From a virus (taxonomy: Duplodnaviria; Heunggongvirae; Uroviricota; Caudoviricetes), in the IMG/VR virus record IMGVR_UViG_3300020578_005505: 64,000 nt of DNA. The stretch is one strand, 5' to 3'. The notes beneath the pieces were generated by a model that was not told the origin of the DNA, made no database searches, and saw only the letters and a program-made list of their open reading frames with translations. Position numbers and translations under genes: made by a program. Positions 18,464-28,233 of the stretch are shown piece by piece (the stretch's first letter is position 1; each line of letters opens with the position of its first letter).

Positions 18464-18488
18464 AACTGGTACTTAGTAGGCTACTTAT

Positions 18489-18926
18489 TTAATTCTCAAG
18501 AAAAGCTTTAGGTGTAGTAATAGAAATTTTTCGAGTAGCTTTACCTACAGCAATTGGTATATTTAAAGTCAAAAGACCTTTATCGAGAGATGCTTCAAGG
18601 TTACTTAAGTCGAACTTAGTTGAAATTTTCCAAGTAAGATCAAAACTTGATCTCTTAATACCCTTATAAATTGGATGATTTTCTTCCTGTTGTGCAGGTT
18701 TATCGTAACAAATTCTAAGAGAATCATTCTCAACAGAAATAAGAATATCCTCGACACTAAGGCCTACTGCGGCTATTTCAAAACGAATACCGCTTTTAGT
18801 TTCGAAAATATCAACAGGATGGGTTACTCTCTGCGTAATTGCAGAAAAATGTGCTTGTGCTTCTTTTAGGTCTTTCCATAGCAAGTCAAACGGATCGAGC
18901 TCGAACGCACGAAAAAGTGCTGTCAT
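18489..18926 (-). CDS. Small heat-shock protein (Hsp20/alpha-crystallin family)
   Basis: Alpha-crystallin domain pattern (DIFETKSGIRFEIAAVGLSVEDILISVENDSLRI...GLLTLNIP). Confidence 0.6.
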   Translation of the reverse strand: MTALFRAFELDPFDLLWKDLKEAQAHFSAITQRVTHPVDIFETKSGIRFEIAAVGLSVEDILISVENDSLRICYDKPAQQEENHPIYKGIKRSSFDLTWKISTKFDLSNLEASLDKGLLTLNIPIAVGKATRKISITTPKAFLEN

Positions 18927-19034
18927 AGTTTTAAATTTGTGTTCCCTTACGGTGAACGATTAATAAATGTTTCAAAACTTAAGGCCTACTAAGTACCTTA
19001 TTTATTTATAATAAATATATCTGTTTAAAGAAAA

Positions 19035-21344
19035 CTAGTGTCCATCACGAAAATTAACCGAAACTTCCGGATCGGCAATAAGTTGCACACCTTCTAGCTT
19101 AGTTGTATTCTCCATACAGTCTTGTACTATTTCGCATGCACGTTTTACGTCTTCTTCTTTAACTTGGCATACTAGTTGGTCATGAATTTGACAAATTACC
19201 TGCCCTCTAATGCCTTCTCCCTTGAATCTCCTATTGATTTGTAGGGCTGCACGGTTTACTATGCTTGCTGAATAACTCTGAATTTGAAAGTTTAAACAGT
19301 TGTTAAGTGCATTTTTATAATCTCTATACAAACCAGTTGTGTACTCTACTCCATACTCTCTCTCCAAATCTTTTCTAAACCTCCAGTCTTCAATAAGCCT
19401 ATCCCCTAGGGCAGAATAGATTTCCTTAGCCTGTGGCAAATGCCTGATTCGACCTACCTTATTCTTAATATAGCCGTTCTCTTTAACAAACTTTCTAGAA
19501 TTCTCTCTCCACTTTCTTAATTCAGGAAATCCATCTAAGTAACCTTCTACAAGTCTTTCTCCTTCTTTCCTATCTACTCCTAACGACATTGCTAGGGCAT
19601 ATCCGGACATTCCGTACGGTACACCTAACGCATAACCTTTTGCAGTCTGTCTTTTGACGGGATCTATTTTTTTAAGAAAATTAGGAGCTTTGGTATGGGC
19701 ACTTACTCCTTCAAGCTTTTCGGTTTTTATAGCAATATGAGAATAAAAATCTAAATCATTATTAAAAATATCTTTCAGACCTTGATCACCTGCTACTGTA
19801 GCAAATACCCGAGGTTCCAGAGATGCATAATCAGTATCAAGTATCTTAGTGCCTTCGTCAGCAATAAAGAAAGCTCTTACAAGGTTTGTATATCCAATAA
19901 TTAAATCTTCCTCTTGACCTGGCTCTAGTGGCTTAGGCAACTGCTGCATATCTGATCCGTATCTTCCTGATACAGTACCGTTCTGCTTGAAATAAGGATA
20001 AAATCTACCATCCTCAGCTGAATCAAAAAATCGATCTACGTATGCAGTTTTAATTTTAGTAAGTTTATTGTATAAGCGTAAATGATTTGCCCATAAATAT
20101 TTGTCCTTTATGGATTGGATCATATCTTCGTCAAATTGAGCCTTTCCTTTAGTAGTTGTTGAAATCGATTTCTCACCTAATACATCAAAAGCTATCTTAC
20201 CCATTTGATCTTTAGACTGTATATTAAAGAACTGGCCGTCATTATCCTCTTTCCATAAAGATAAACTAACTTTAACAATTTGATCTTTAGTGAGATTTTC
20301 TATATCACCAGTCATCAAGTAATCCTTTATAGTAGAAGGAGATAGAGCTAATATAGCCGCTTTATTTATAGTAAATTTACCTGTCTTATTTGATTTAGGT
20401 AGATCGATATTATTTTGCTCGAGTAGACGTTGGGCAAATATACCTTTGCTTTTTGGAGGATACGCTTCTACCGCTTGATCAATAATCCATTTGCGTACTT
20501 TAGGCTCTTTTAATAACTCTTTGAGTACTGCTGTTGCCTGCACTTCGAGGTCTTTAGTTATTCTATCTTTAGTTTCTTTAATAAGAGAGATATCTAATCT
20601 AATACCGTGTTTCTCCATCGGTATAGTAACCTCTCTATAAACAGGCATCACCTCGTCTTCAAAGAAAAACTTTTCAAGACCTTCCTCTACTAATATTTTG
20701 TAAAAGTGATGATAGATACGTAGCGTCAAGTCGGTATCGGCTGCTGCATACTTTGATAGTACCACTAAATCAGCTTTGTATATCTCATAATTCTCCTTAG
20801 AAGTTGAACCGCCATTTGCTTTTATACTCTCTTTAAGAGCTATTTGTTCTTCATTAGCTTCAGTTTCTACATCTAAACCGATTTCCTTTTGAACCATTAT
20901 AGCAATACTTTTTAATCCAAAAGGATTACCGTATCCAAATGCTCCTTCTTCTTTTACTGTATGCACAAGTAGAGAAGTATCAGCATGCAAATAATTTAAC
21001 AAGTTAATTCCGTAAAAATTCTCTATATAACGTAAGTCGAAAGAAGCGTTATGACAAATAACTTTCTTCCCTATTAATTGCTTAATAACATATTTAGCTA
21101 AAACGTTAGCGTTTTTTCCTTCAATAACTACTTCTTCGAGTCTATCAGTATTCCATACCATTATAGGCATATAGTAACCTTTACCTACTTCACCAGAAAT
21201 AGAAAAGCCGATAATTCGACCCTTTCTAGGATTCAAACTATCGGTTTCAGTATCTAACGCTACGTACTCGCTAGTTGCTATATGCTGAACTAACTCTTTT
21301 AACGTTTCTTTATTATTTACTATAACATAACTTTTTTGCTGCAT
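19035..21344 (-). CDS. Family A DNA polymerase with 3'-5' proofreading exonuclease domain (no 5'-3' exonuclease domain)
   Basis: Exo I motif ALDTETDSL. Pol motif B RQTAKGYALGVPYGMSGYALA, motif C CQIHDQLV. 769 aa. Confidence 0.85.
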   Translation of the reverse strand: MQQKSYVIVNNKETLKELVQHIATSEYVALDTETDSLNPRKGRIIGFSISGEVGKGYYMPIMVWNTDRLEEVVIEGKNANVLAKYVIKQLIGKKVICHNASFDLRYIENFYGINLLNYLHADTSLLVHTVKEEGAFGYGNPFGLKSIAIMVQKEIGLDVETEANEEQIALKESIKANGGSTSKENYEIYKADLVVLSKYAAADTDLTLRIYHHFYKILVEEGLEKFFFEDEVMPVYREVTIPMEKHGIRLDISLIKETKDRITKDLEVQATAVLKELLKEPKVRKWIIDQAVEAYPPKSKGIFAQRLLEQNNIDLPKSNKTGKFTINKAAILALSPSTIKDYLMTGDIENLTKDQIVKVSLSLWKEDNDGQFFNIQSKDQMGKIAFDVLGEKSISTTTKGKAQFDEDMIQSIKDKYLWANHLRLYNKLTKIKTAYVDRFFDSAEDGRFYPYFKQNGTVSGRYGSDMQQLPKPLEPGQEEDLIIGYTNLVRAFFIADEGTKILDTDYASLEPRVFATVAGDQGLKDIFNNDLDFYSHIAIKTEKLEGVSAHTKAPNFLKKIDPVKRQTAKGYALGVPYGMSGYALAMSLGVDRKEGERLVEGYLDGFPELRKWRENSRKFVKENGYIKNKVGRIRHLPQAKEIYSALGDRLIEDWRFRKDLEREYGVEYTTGLYRDYKNALNNCLNFQIQSYSASIVNRAALQINRRFKGEGIRGQVICQIHDQLVCQVKEEDVKRACEIVQDCMENTTKLEGVQLIADPEVSVNFRDGH

Positions 21345-22363
21345 TAAAAACCTTCTTGATTTTCTATCAATTTTTTTGCTTGATCGTAAGACATAGTTAA
21401 CTCTTTTTTTCTACCCCTAGACTCTCTAGCGATTTCGAGCTCTTGACATAAAGTAGTAAACGCTTTTAGGTCTTTCTGAAAGCAGTATAAGCCTGCAGTC
21501 TGTACAAGAGATTGAAATTTGCTGAAAGATAGAGTAGGGTCACCAGCTAACTTCTTACCGTTTTGATAGTACAATTTAAGTAGTTTTAAGTTAAGCTCCA
21601 ACTGCTTGAATTTGGGAGTTTGTAGGAGTTTCTTAGTTTCGTCGTAACTCCCTATAGTATAGTATGCGTTAAAACCTACGCCTACTAAGATTAATAATTC
21701 CAAAAATACAGTTATAAAGAAAAATGCTGTTGAATTCTCGCTACTTACGTCCAGCTTGCTAGCCGTTTTTTCTTTAGACTTATCCTCTATTTCGTTTAAT
21801 TTCGTCTCTTTACTTTTTTGCAGGGAAGCAACTATTGAATCCCTATATTGTCTATCTACCCTTGACTTAGAAGGCTGGGTTCTGTAATAATTAATCTCTT
21901 TATCGTAATATTTCGCAATAGAATCGGCTTTCAATGAAATACTAGTTTCAAGAGTGGTTTGAATAGTCTCTGAATCATCAATTAATCTATGAGCTCCTTT
22001 TATTGATAGGTAGAAGCTTCCTGCCATTAATCCCATAAAAATAACTGATCCTACAGCTATAGAATAAGTAAATTTTTTTATTTGCAAAATGCTAATTGAC
22101 AATTGTTCTAAGACAAACCTTTTAGTTAGTTCATAGCCAGTAAGGAAAAGTGCTACGAAAATAGCAAAAAAAGTATCCTGAAAAGGAAATAAAGGAGGGA
22201 TACTATCAGTAATTGACTTTACAAAAAAGTATCCAAAGTAAATAAGGAATATATTACCAAGAAAAGAAAAGTAGTAGAGTATTCTATCTAAAGTAAAATA
22301 GTTTTGCTCAAGCTTATGCACCTCAAGCTTTACTCTTAGCTTATTATATTTATCTATCTTCAT
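21344..22363 (-). CDS. Membrane protein of unknown function
   Basis: Several transmembrane helices in the N-terminal half. Its start overlaps the bS21 stop (ATGA). Confidence 0.35.
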   Translation of the reverse strand: MKIDKYNKLRVKLEVHKLEQNYFTLDRILYYFSFLGNIFLIYFGYFFVKSITDSIPPLFPFQDTFFAIFVALFLTGYELTKRFVLEQLSISILQIKKFTYSIAVGSVIFMGLMAGSFYLSIKGAHRLIDDSETIQTTLETSISLKADSIAKYYDKEINYYRTQPSKSRVDRQYRDSIVASLQKSKETKLNEIEDKSKEKTASKLDVSSENSTAFFFITVFLELLILVGVGFNAYYTIGSYDETKKLLQTPKFKQLELNLKLLKLYYQNGKKLAGDPTLSFSKFQSLVQTAGLYCFQKDLKAFTTLCQELEIARESRGRKKELTMSYDQAKKLIENQEGF

Positions 22364-22539
22364 TTTATTTTTTTAGACTCTACGTATCGAGCCTTTAAAA
22401 TTTCAGTTCTACGTTTAACTGAAGGTTTAATAAAGGTCTTTCTATCTCTTAATTCTTTTATTATTCCTATTTTATTATGTTTATTTTTATATTGCTTCAA
22501 AGCATGTTCAACTGAGCCATTTATATTTACTATTATCAT
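22360..22539 (-). CDS. rpsU: Ribosomal protein bS21 homolog; 59 aa, so below the ORF-track cutoff
   Basis: Manual translation MIIVNINGSVEHALKQYKNKHNKIGIIKELRDRKTFIKPSVKRRTEILKARYVESKKIK. Matches the bS21 pattern ALK(R)YK(R)K...G...ELR.R..F.KPS.KRR...K. Confidence 0.65.
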   Translation of the reverse strand: MIIVNINGSVEHALKQYKNKHNKIGIIKELRDRKTFIKPSVKRRTEILKARYVESKKIK

Positions 22540-22542
22540 ATT

Positions 22543-22866
22543 TTATACTTCTTCTAATATTCCGTCCCTTACTAAATTTAATATATTATTACGAATTTTA
22601 CTTGTTTTAGCTACGTGTATAGTTGTACCTTGCTTAAATAGAGTACTATCGTGCTTAAAATCTTTTAAGACTTTAAATTCTCTGACGGAGTGATTATATG
22701 GAAACAATTCGTTAAGTAGATCCTTACGTCTACTACAACCACAATCTTTAGCCCCCGCTAATTTAGCTAAACCTTCAGCTACTTTATCTATACCTAGAAA
22801 ATTAGTAACCTTAGCAATGGTGTCGCCAAGACCTTCAGATTCTTTATTTGGATCAAAATTTTCCAT
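22543..22866 (-). CDS. Hypothetical protein
   Basis: 107 aa ORF. Confidence 0.3.
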   Translation of the reverse strand: MENFDPNKESEGLGDTIAKVTNFLGIDKVAEGLAKLAGAKDCGCSRRKDLLNELFPYNHSVREFKVLKDFKHDSTLFKQGTTIHVAKTSKIRNNILNLVRDGILEEV

Positions 22867-23023
22867 ATCAAGGGTTACTGCTGTCTAAATTTACTAATAA
22901 TCCGTTCGTAACCACTGCAGTAGAGATTTAAAATTTATCTGAACGCTACTAGTTTGATTCTTTAATGAATAGACCTGTTTCTTAAAGTGTTTAAAAATGT
23001 TTTTACAAATATAAATATATACT

Positions 23024-23560
23024 TTACAGGGAAGATCGCTGCTTATCGTTTTGCCACTGACCGTTATATTCTTCAGCTGGAGTGCATTCGTGAAAATATA
23101 TTTGAGCTACACGAGCGTCTTTTTCGATAAAAATCGTTTGAGTTACTAACATAATTGTTCCTATATTTTCAGTCTCAAAACCAGGATCAAATACGGGCGA
23201 ATTAATTAAAGTACCGTTACGCCATAATGATGATCGTTGTTTAATAAAAGCTACACGATTATCTGGAATTCTACAGCCTTCCCAAAATGCAATATCATAT
23301 GTACCTGGATGCAAAAGCCATCCTTGAACTTCTTCAAGACGAATAGTTTCAACTGGAGTATAAGTAGTTAATTCAGTTTTATTCTTTAAAACTTTACCTA
23401 TCTTGAATTTTCTATATACAAGTTTTTCGTCGATTCCGTTTGGATCACCTACTCTATTTACCTCTTTAAGGGTTATATCATAACCAACTTGAGCTACTTT
23501 ACCTTTAGTATTATCTAACTTAAGTAATCCTTCTTCGAGGATTTGTTGTGCATTTAACAT
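23024..23560 (-). CDS. dCTP deaminase / dUTPase-superfamily protein
   Basis: VGYDITL, DPGFETENIGTIMLV and RVAQIYF resemble the Dcd motifs GYDLRL, DPGF.G and RIAQL.F. Confidence 0.55.
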   Translation of the reverse strand: MLNAQQILEEGLLKLDNTKGKVAQVGYDITLKEVNRVGDPNGIDEKLVYRKFKIGKVLKNKTELTTYTPVETIRLEEVQGWLLHPGTYDIAFWEGCRIPDNRVAFIKQRSSLWRNGTLINSPVFDPGFETENIGTIMLVTQTIFIEKDARVAQIYFHECTPAEEYNGQWQNDKQRSSL

Positions 23561-23569
23561 TTTTGTAAA

Positions 23570-24280
23570 TTATTTCCTAGGGTAACCTTTAATAAACTCA
23601 TAAAATTCAGCTCGTGCAGCATCTTCTACTAAAAAGCATCCTGATAGCTTAGAGGTCTTCATATTAGCACCTTGATGCTTTACACCTCTACAGCTTACAC
23701 AGTTATGAGTTGCTTCAATCATTACTGCAACACCAATATTATCTTCGCAAATTTTATCTACAGCATTATGAATAGCTACAGTTAATTGTTCTTGAATTGA
23801 ACCTCTTCTACTAAAATGCTCTACAATTCGGTTAAGTTTACTTAGACCTACTACCCTACTTTTAAGGGTCGGCACGTAAGCGATATGACACAGGCCGTTA
23901 ATAGTCTGATGATGGTGACTACACATACTCGTAATAGGGATACCTCCTTCAAATACTACTCCGTCATAACCGTCAGCCGGAAAGCTAGTCACAGAATCTA
24001 GCTGCTCATATCTACCTTTCCATAAGTCGTTTACGTAGGCCTTAGCCACTCTCATAGGAGTATTCGAGCTATTAGGGTCGTTTTCCCAGTCAACTCCTAA
24101 AGCAGTTAGAAAATTGCCGTAATGTAAAGAAGCAGCTTCAATAATAAGCTTCTTTTCACCTTCAGTTAAACAATTTCTTCCTTCTTTAATTGCGTCTCGC
24201 AAAAAAGTACTAATACCGTTAGCATGGCCAGCTTGTGCAAGCTCTAGTTTTTCAATTTTAATATGTTTATCTCTACTCAT
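23570..24280 (-). CDS. folE: GTP cyclohydrolase I (FolE)
   Basis: CSHHHQTINGLCHIAYVP...VGLSKLNRIVEHFSRRGSIQEQLT, the conserved FolE core with the Cys/His zinc ligands. Confidence 0.8.
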   Translation of the reverse strand: MSRDKHIKIEKLELAQAGHANGISTFLRDAIKEGRNCLTEGEKKLIIEAASLHYGNFLTALGVDWENDPNSSNTPMRVAKAYVNDLWKGRYEQLDSVTSFPADGYDGVVFEGGIPITSMCSHHHQTINGLCHIAYVPTLKSRVVGLSKLNRIVEHFSRRGSIQEQLTVAIHNAVDKICEDNIGVAVMIEATHNCVSCRGVKHQGANMKTSKLSGCFLVEDAARAEFYEFIKGYPRK

Positions 24281-24283
24281 AAT

Positions 24284-24793
24284 TCAAAGATATAAGGATA
24301 TCGATTTTAAACGTTCTTCTACTGTACCTTTTAATATAACTACTTTTTCTTTAGGAATATAATTTATCATAAATTCTCTTATAACTTGATCTATTTTTAA
24401 TTGCAATTCTTGACTTAAGCGATCAGGATCGGCTTCAAAATCAAACTCAACAGGTATATAAAAAAAACGTTCTACTTGATCTTTAGTTTCTTCAAATAGA
24501 GTAATAAGGTTTTCAATATCAAGATTAGGGGCTAAAATTTGGGAGTAAATAATACAATCAACAATACTTCGAGTACTAATTACATTTTTATGTGTTAAGT
24601 AATTTTGATAAGCCCAAGCAGATAGTTCATTTATTACGTATTGCTTTTCATAACCTGATAATTCCAGCTGCTTGCCTATCTTAATAACAGGTCTTGAGAA
24701 ACCATCAGTAACATAATACCCGGGATAATTAGTAGCAACCTCTTTAAGTAAGGTAGTTTTTCCGGTCCCGTGAGATCCAAGTAATATTTTCAT
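24284..24793 (-). CDS. P-loop NTPase (kinase/ATPase-like) of unknown role
   Basis: Walker A GSHGTGKTTLL at the N-terminus. 169 aa. Embedded in the deazaguanine gene run. Confidence 0.4.
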   Translation of the reverse strand: MKILLGSHGTGKTTLLKEVATNYPGYYVTDGFSRPVIKIGKQLELSGYEKQYVINELSAWAYQNYLTHKNVISTRSIVDCIIYSQILAPNLDIENLITLFEETKDQVERFFYIPVEFDFEADPDRLSQELQLKIDQVIREFMINYIPKEKVVILKGTVEERLKSISLYL

Positions 24794-24821
24794 TTAAATA
24801 TTTTATATAATATATGAATAT

Positions 24822-25388
24822 TTACTGAAAGGTCCAAGTATTCTTAAAAAATTCTACCCAAGTAAGAAGAGACGTAGTCCGTAAAATAGAATATGCTTCG
24901 TCTACAGTTTTTGCGGTATTTTCGATACTAGCTGTTATTATAACTTCCCCTGAATCTAATTCCGGAATTACTTCGTGAATTACTGAGCCGCAAACGGGGT
25001 ACTTTTCATGATTTTTAACAATATCTTCTTGTTTATTAAAGCCTTTTAATTCAGGATAGCGAGTAATGAGTGCAGGATGACCGTTATAAATTTTGCCTTT
25101 GTATTCACTAAAAAACCCAGTAGGTAATATTCTCAAAAATCCATGTAAAGTAATTAGCTTTTTTTCAAGTAGTTCAGGAAAAAGATAATCTTTTAATACA
25201 GGCTTAAACGGTATTGTCTTTATTGTTACACTATTTTCTCCAAAGAATCTCAGGTTATCATCAGATATCTTACTTAATCTATTAGTAACAAGGAGACTAG
25301 GGAGAAACCCGGTTTCTTTAGCTATAGCAATAATCTCGGATCCGGTCTGAGATATTAGTATTCCCCAGTTTTCTTGAACTTTTATCAT
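24822..25388 (-). CDS. PurN/Fmt-like formyltransferase (candidate preQ1-DNA formyltransferase, DpdN-like)
   Basis: NGHPALI resembles the NxHPSLLP motif. GSVIHEVIPELDSGEVIIT carries the catalytic His and Asp region of formyltransferases. Overlaps queF by ATGA. Confidence 0.55.
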   Translation of the reverse strand: MIKVQENWGILISQTGSEIIAIAKETGFLPSLLVTNRLSKISDDNLRFFGENSVTIKTIPFKPVLKDYLFPELLEKKLITLHGFLRILPTGFFSEYKGKIYNGHPALITRYPELKGFNKQEDIVKNHEKYPVCGSVIHEVIPELDSGEVIITASIENTAKTVDEAYSILRTTSLLTWVEFFKNTWTFQ

Positions 25389-26302
25389 TGCCCCATTGCT
25401 TTTGTACTAAACATTCTAACGTTATTTAAAACGCTATTAAGAAGTCTTTCGTTTGAAACACGTACTGGACAGATATCTAAAGAACCTCTACGGGCATATA
25501 ATAACATTACGCTACAGTCTTCTACGTTAGGGTTCGACATAATTTCAGTAAATAACTTCTCGGCACAGAATTCATGAAATTCGTTTACCTCGCGTAAGGA
25601 AATAACAAGCTTTAGCAGTTCTAATTTATTTACAACACCTTGCTTAGTTTTAATAGCAAAGTAAGCAGCTCCAGTATCTTTTTGCTTTGTATGTCGACAT
25701 CTAGATCTTAGAATATTAGTAAAGTACATATACATATTAGGACCACTACCTTCTTTAGTTACTACATTATACTTTCCTTGTCCTTTATAATCAGCAATTT
25801 CCATAGACTCTAATTCTTGGGAGTTTATTTCAGTAAACAAGTCACTATAACCACGGCCTGGATCTTGATTCAATCTAGTATCGTCTCCTGATCTAAAGAA
25901 GCCTACTCTCACTTCAGCTCCAATTGCTTTACTGATATCTTTTTTTACCTGTTTTTCGTAATTGTCGATAGCTTCTTCTAAAGTATCTCCCATCTTACAC
26001 ATATCAAAGGTATTCAAATAGAGTTTAAAAGATTTAGATTCTACCATGAATTCTGAATTTGCAGGGCAGATAACTTTTAAGGTACCTGCTACTGGAAGTC
26101 CATTGCTAAGTAGAAAAGTAGCTTCGTGACAATGCCAAGTATCAAAGCCTACAAATTCATCTCCTTTAATACCCCAATCTTGACGTGCAAGAATACGTGG
26201 CATAGGATTTAACTGTGAAGGATCAAATGTATCTGTATAAACAGCATAGGAATTAGCCGAACCAAGGGTTTTAGAGGCTACATCGGTCATATTACTTAAC
26301 AT
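25385..26302 (-). CDS. queF: NADPH-dependent 7-cyano-7-deazaguanine reductase (QueF, preQ0 to preQ1)
   Basis: VESKSFKLYLNTF, the QueF signature E(S/L)K(S/A)hK(L/Y)(Y/F/W). Confidence 0.7.
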   Translation of the reverse strand: MLSNMTDVASKTLGSANSYAVYTDTFDPSQLNPMPRILARQDWGIKGDEFVGFDTWHCHEATFLLSNGLPVAGTLKVICPANSEFMVESKSFKLYLNTFDMCKMGDTLEEAIDNYEKQVKKDISKAIGAEVRVGFFRSGDDTRLNQDPGRGYSDLFTEINSQELESMEIADYKGQGKYNVVTKEGSGPNMYMYFTNILRSRCRHTKQKDTGAAYFAIKTKQGVVNKLELLKLVISLREVNEFHEFCAEKLFTEIMSNPNVEDCSVMLLYARRGSLDICPVRVSNERLLNSVLNNVRMFSTKAMGQ

Positions 26303-27071
26303 AGGAGCGGAAGGTTTTTACGTTTTCGAAAATTAAATTTATTTGTTCTTCTTTTAGCTTAATATCTAAATTATCAGCTAATTTATCTTTTGGTTTAGAG
26401 GATGTAAGTCCGTTAGGTCCTAATCTATTACCGGACCAGCCGTTGACGATTGGTGAGCTAGTATCAAGAGAATAAATGTAGCGTTGCAAATGACTTTGAT
26501 TATACCTATAGAGTTGAAACTCTACAGGGTTTTGACATCCTAAAAGATGAAACCTATAGGAACCTCCAAAAAACTTATACCTACTGGCATACCACCAATT
26601 CAAAAACCTAAACCGTACAGTTACATGATCAGAATCAGGTACTAGATCGAAAGGCAAGGCAATAATATCAATATCTTTTTCAACATAAAAATCGATACAA
26701 TCAGCAATTTGCTCAAAAGTATCTCCTTGACATACCCCGATATACTTTAAATTATCGGATTTATATTTACCTAAGTACTCTACTGCATTTGCAATAGTTT
26801 GCCTGTAGTCGTTAACCTTATCAGGTAATACAAGGTGGCTAGGTCTAAATTCTTCTCCTAGTTCGTACAACTCTTCCCCGGATATTGATTGACCTAATTC
26901 AAATGCAGAATTATCGAGAATAGAATAAGAGGCTTCTTTAAGCTTCTTTTTATAAAACTCAGTATAACCTCTATCGTTATTTAGTAAATGCCCTAGTACA
27001 TAAGGGTAGTCACTGATTAGGTCATGATAAGGAAATAACTGTTTAGGTATTTCGTGACTTATTTTTGTCAT
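26292..27071 (-). CDS. Putative DpdA-like (tRNA-guanine transglycosylase-fold) DNA 7-deazaguanine transglycosylase
   Basis: 259 aa between queC and queF, with Asp-containing LDNSAFE and LDTSSP segments reminiscent of the TGT fold. Context-driven assignment. Confidence 0.4.
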   Translation of the reverse strand: MTKISHEIPKQLFPYHDLISDYPYVLGHLLNNDRGYTEFYKKKLKEASYSILDNSAFELGQSISGEELYELGEEFRPSHLVLPDKVNDYRQTIANAVEYLGKYKSDNLKYIGVCQGDTFEQIADCIDFYVEKDIDIIALPFDLVPDSDHVTVRFRFLNWWYASRYKFFGGSYRFHLLGCQNPVEFQLYRYNQSHLQRYIYSLDTSSPIVNGWSGNRLGPNGLTSSKPKDKLADNLDIKLKEEQINLIFENVKTFRSYVK

Positions 27072-27958
27072 ATGTTTACTTTTTTATGTTCTAATAATAC
27101 TTGCTCAACATGTGCTCTAGCTACTTCCCAACTTACAGGCCCGTTTTCATCAGCATATTCTACAGGATCGGGACGATCTAGTTTAATAAATGCTTCAATA
27201 CGTTCTACTGATGCAGCTGATTTATAATCTGAATACCATTTAAATGCGTAGGTCTCTGGACGGTAATAATGCTTAATTGGTTTATATGAAGTATTAGTAC
27301 GCTTGTATACTTCGTTAAAGTCTAAGCCTAATTCTTCACAGCAGTCTTCACCATCTACCAGGATATCGTACTTATTCATTTCAAGATAGGGAGTGTAGAC
27401 GCTGACTAACTCTGAATTCCAATTGCCGATTCTAAATGCTTCCATATCAGCGTCTCTAAATTCTTGACGGCAATCCGGATAGATGTCATGATCGCCCGCA
27501 TGCACACCTAATGCAATCATAACATTCTGTCCTATAGTGCAATCATCAGTTATTGGCCTGGTAGCAATAGATAAAGCTACTGCCTGTATAATTGAACTAA
27601 AGATCTTATTCCGGTTAGGAACTACTGTCTCTTTCATATTCTCTTGTTGATAGTGGCCCTCCGGTACATCTTGTCCGCCTTCAACTAATGCTGAATTAAG
27701 TAGTTCTTGTAATCCTTTTAATTTAATAGTTTGATGTGTTACAAAATAAGGATAATCTACTGTTTTAGATTCTTCGTCTACAACACAATATGAATTGATG
27801 TACTTTACTAATGATTGAGCACGCTCTAATTCAACACGATGTTTTTGTCCATAATCAAAAGATAGAGCTGTTACTTCGTAACCGTTAGCTAATAAATGAA
27901 GAAGTAATGACGAAGAATCCATCCCGCCACTAAGTGAAAGCACAACTTGTTTTTTCAT
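27068..27958 (-). CDS. queC: 7-cyano-7-deazaguanine synthase (QueC-like PP-loop ATPase)
   Basis: PP-loop VLSLSGGMDSSSLL (SGGxDS) at the N-terminus. Longer C-terminal region than the bacterial enzyme. Confidence 0.65.
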   Translation of the reverse strand: MKKQVVLSLSGGMDSSSLLLHLLANGYEVTALSFDYGQKHRVELERAQSLVKYINSYCVVDEESKTVDYPYFVTHQTIKLKGLQELLNSALVEGGQDVPEGHYQQENMKETVVPNRNKIFSSIIQAVALSIATRPITDDCTIGQNVMIALGVHAGDHDIYPDCRQEFRDADMEAFRIGNWNSELVSVYTPYLEMNKYDILVDGEDCCEELGLDFNEVYKRTNTSYKPIKHYYRPETYAFKWYSDYKSAASVERIEAFIKLDRPDPVEYADENGPVSWEVARAHVEQVLLEHKKVNI

Positions 27959-28009
27959 CTGTTAAAAATTTAAATAAAGAGCGTATTATTTTATTATCCG
28001 ATTAGCTCC

Positions 28010-28222
28010 TTAACCGGCTTTTTTATCTTCTTTACTACCGAGATCTTTCTGAATAGAAATTATTTGATTGGTAACACCAGATACTAAGGTACCTAATTGC
28101 TCCCAAATCCTGTCACATTCGTTCTGCAGTTTTTTAATTGCTACCCATTGAATTACTTGTAAAACAATTAAAAGTACTATTATACCTATATAAATTGTTT
28201 CTTTTGTTAAAGTTATTGTCAT
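28010..28222 (-). CDS. Small membrane protein
   Basis: Single transmembrane helix, 70 aa. Confidence 0.3.
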   Translation of the reverse strand: MTITLTKETIYIGIIVLLIVLQVIQWVAIKKLQNECDRIWEQLGTLVSGVTNQIISIQKDLGSKEDKKAG

Positions 28223-28233
28223 CTTTTAATATA

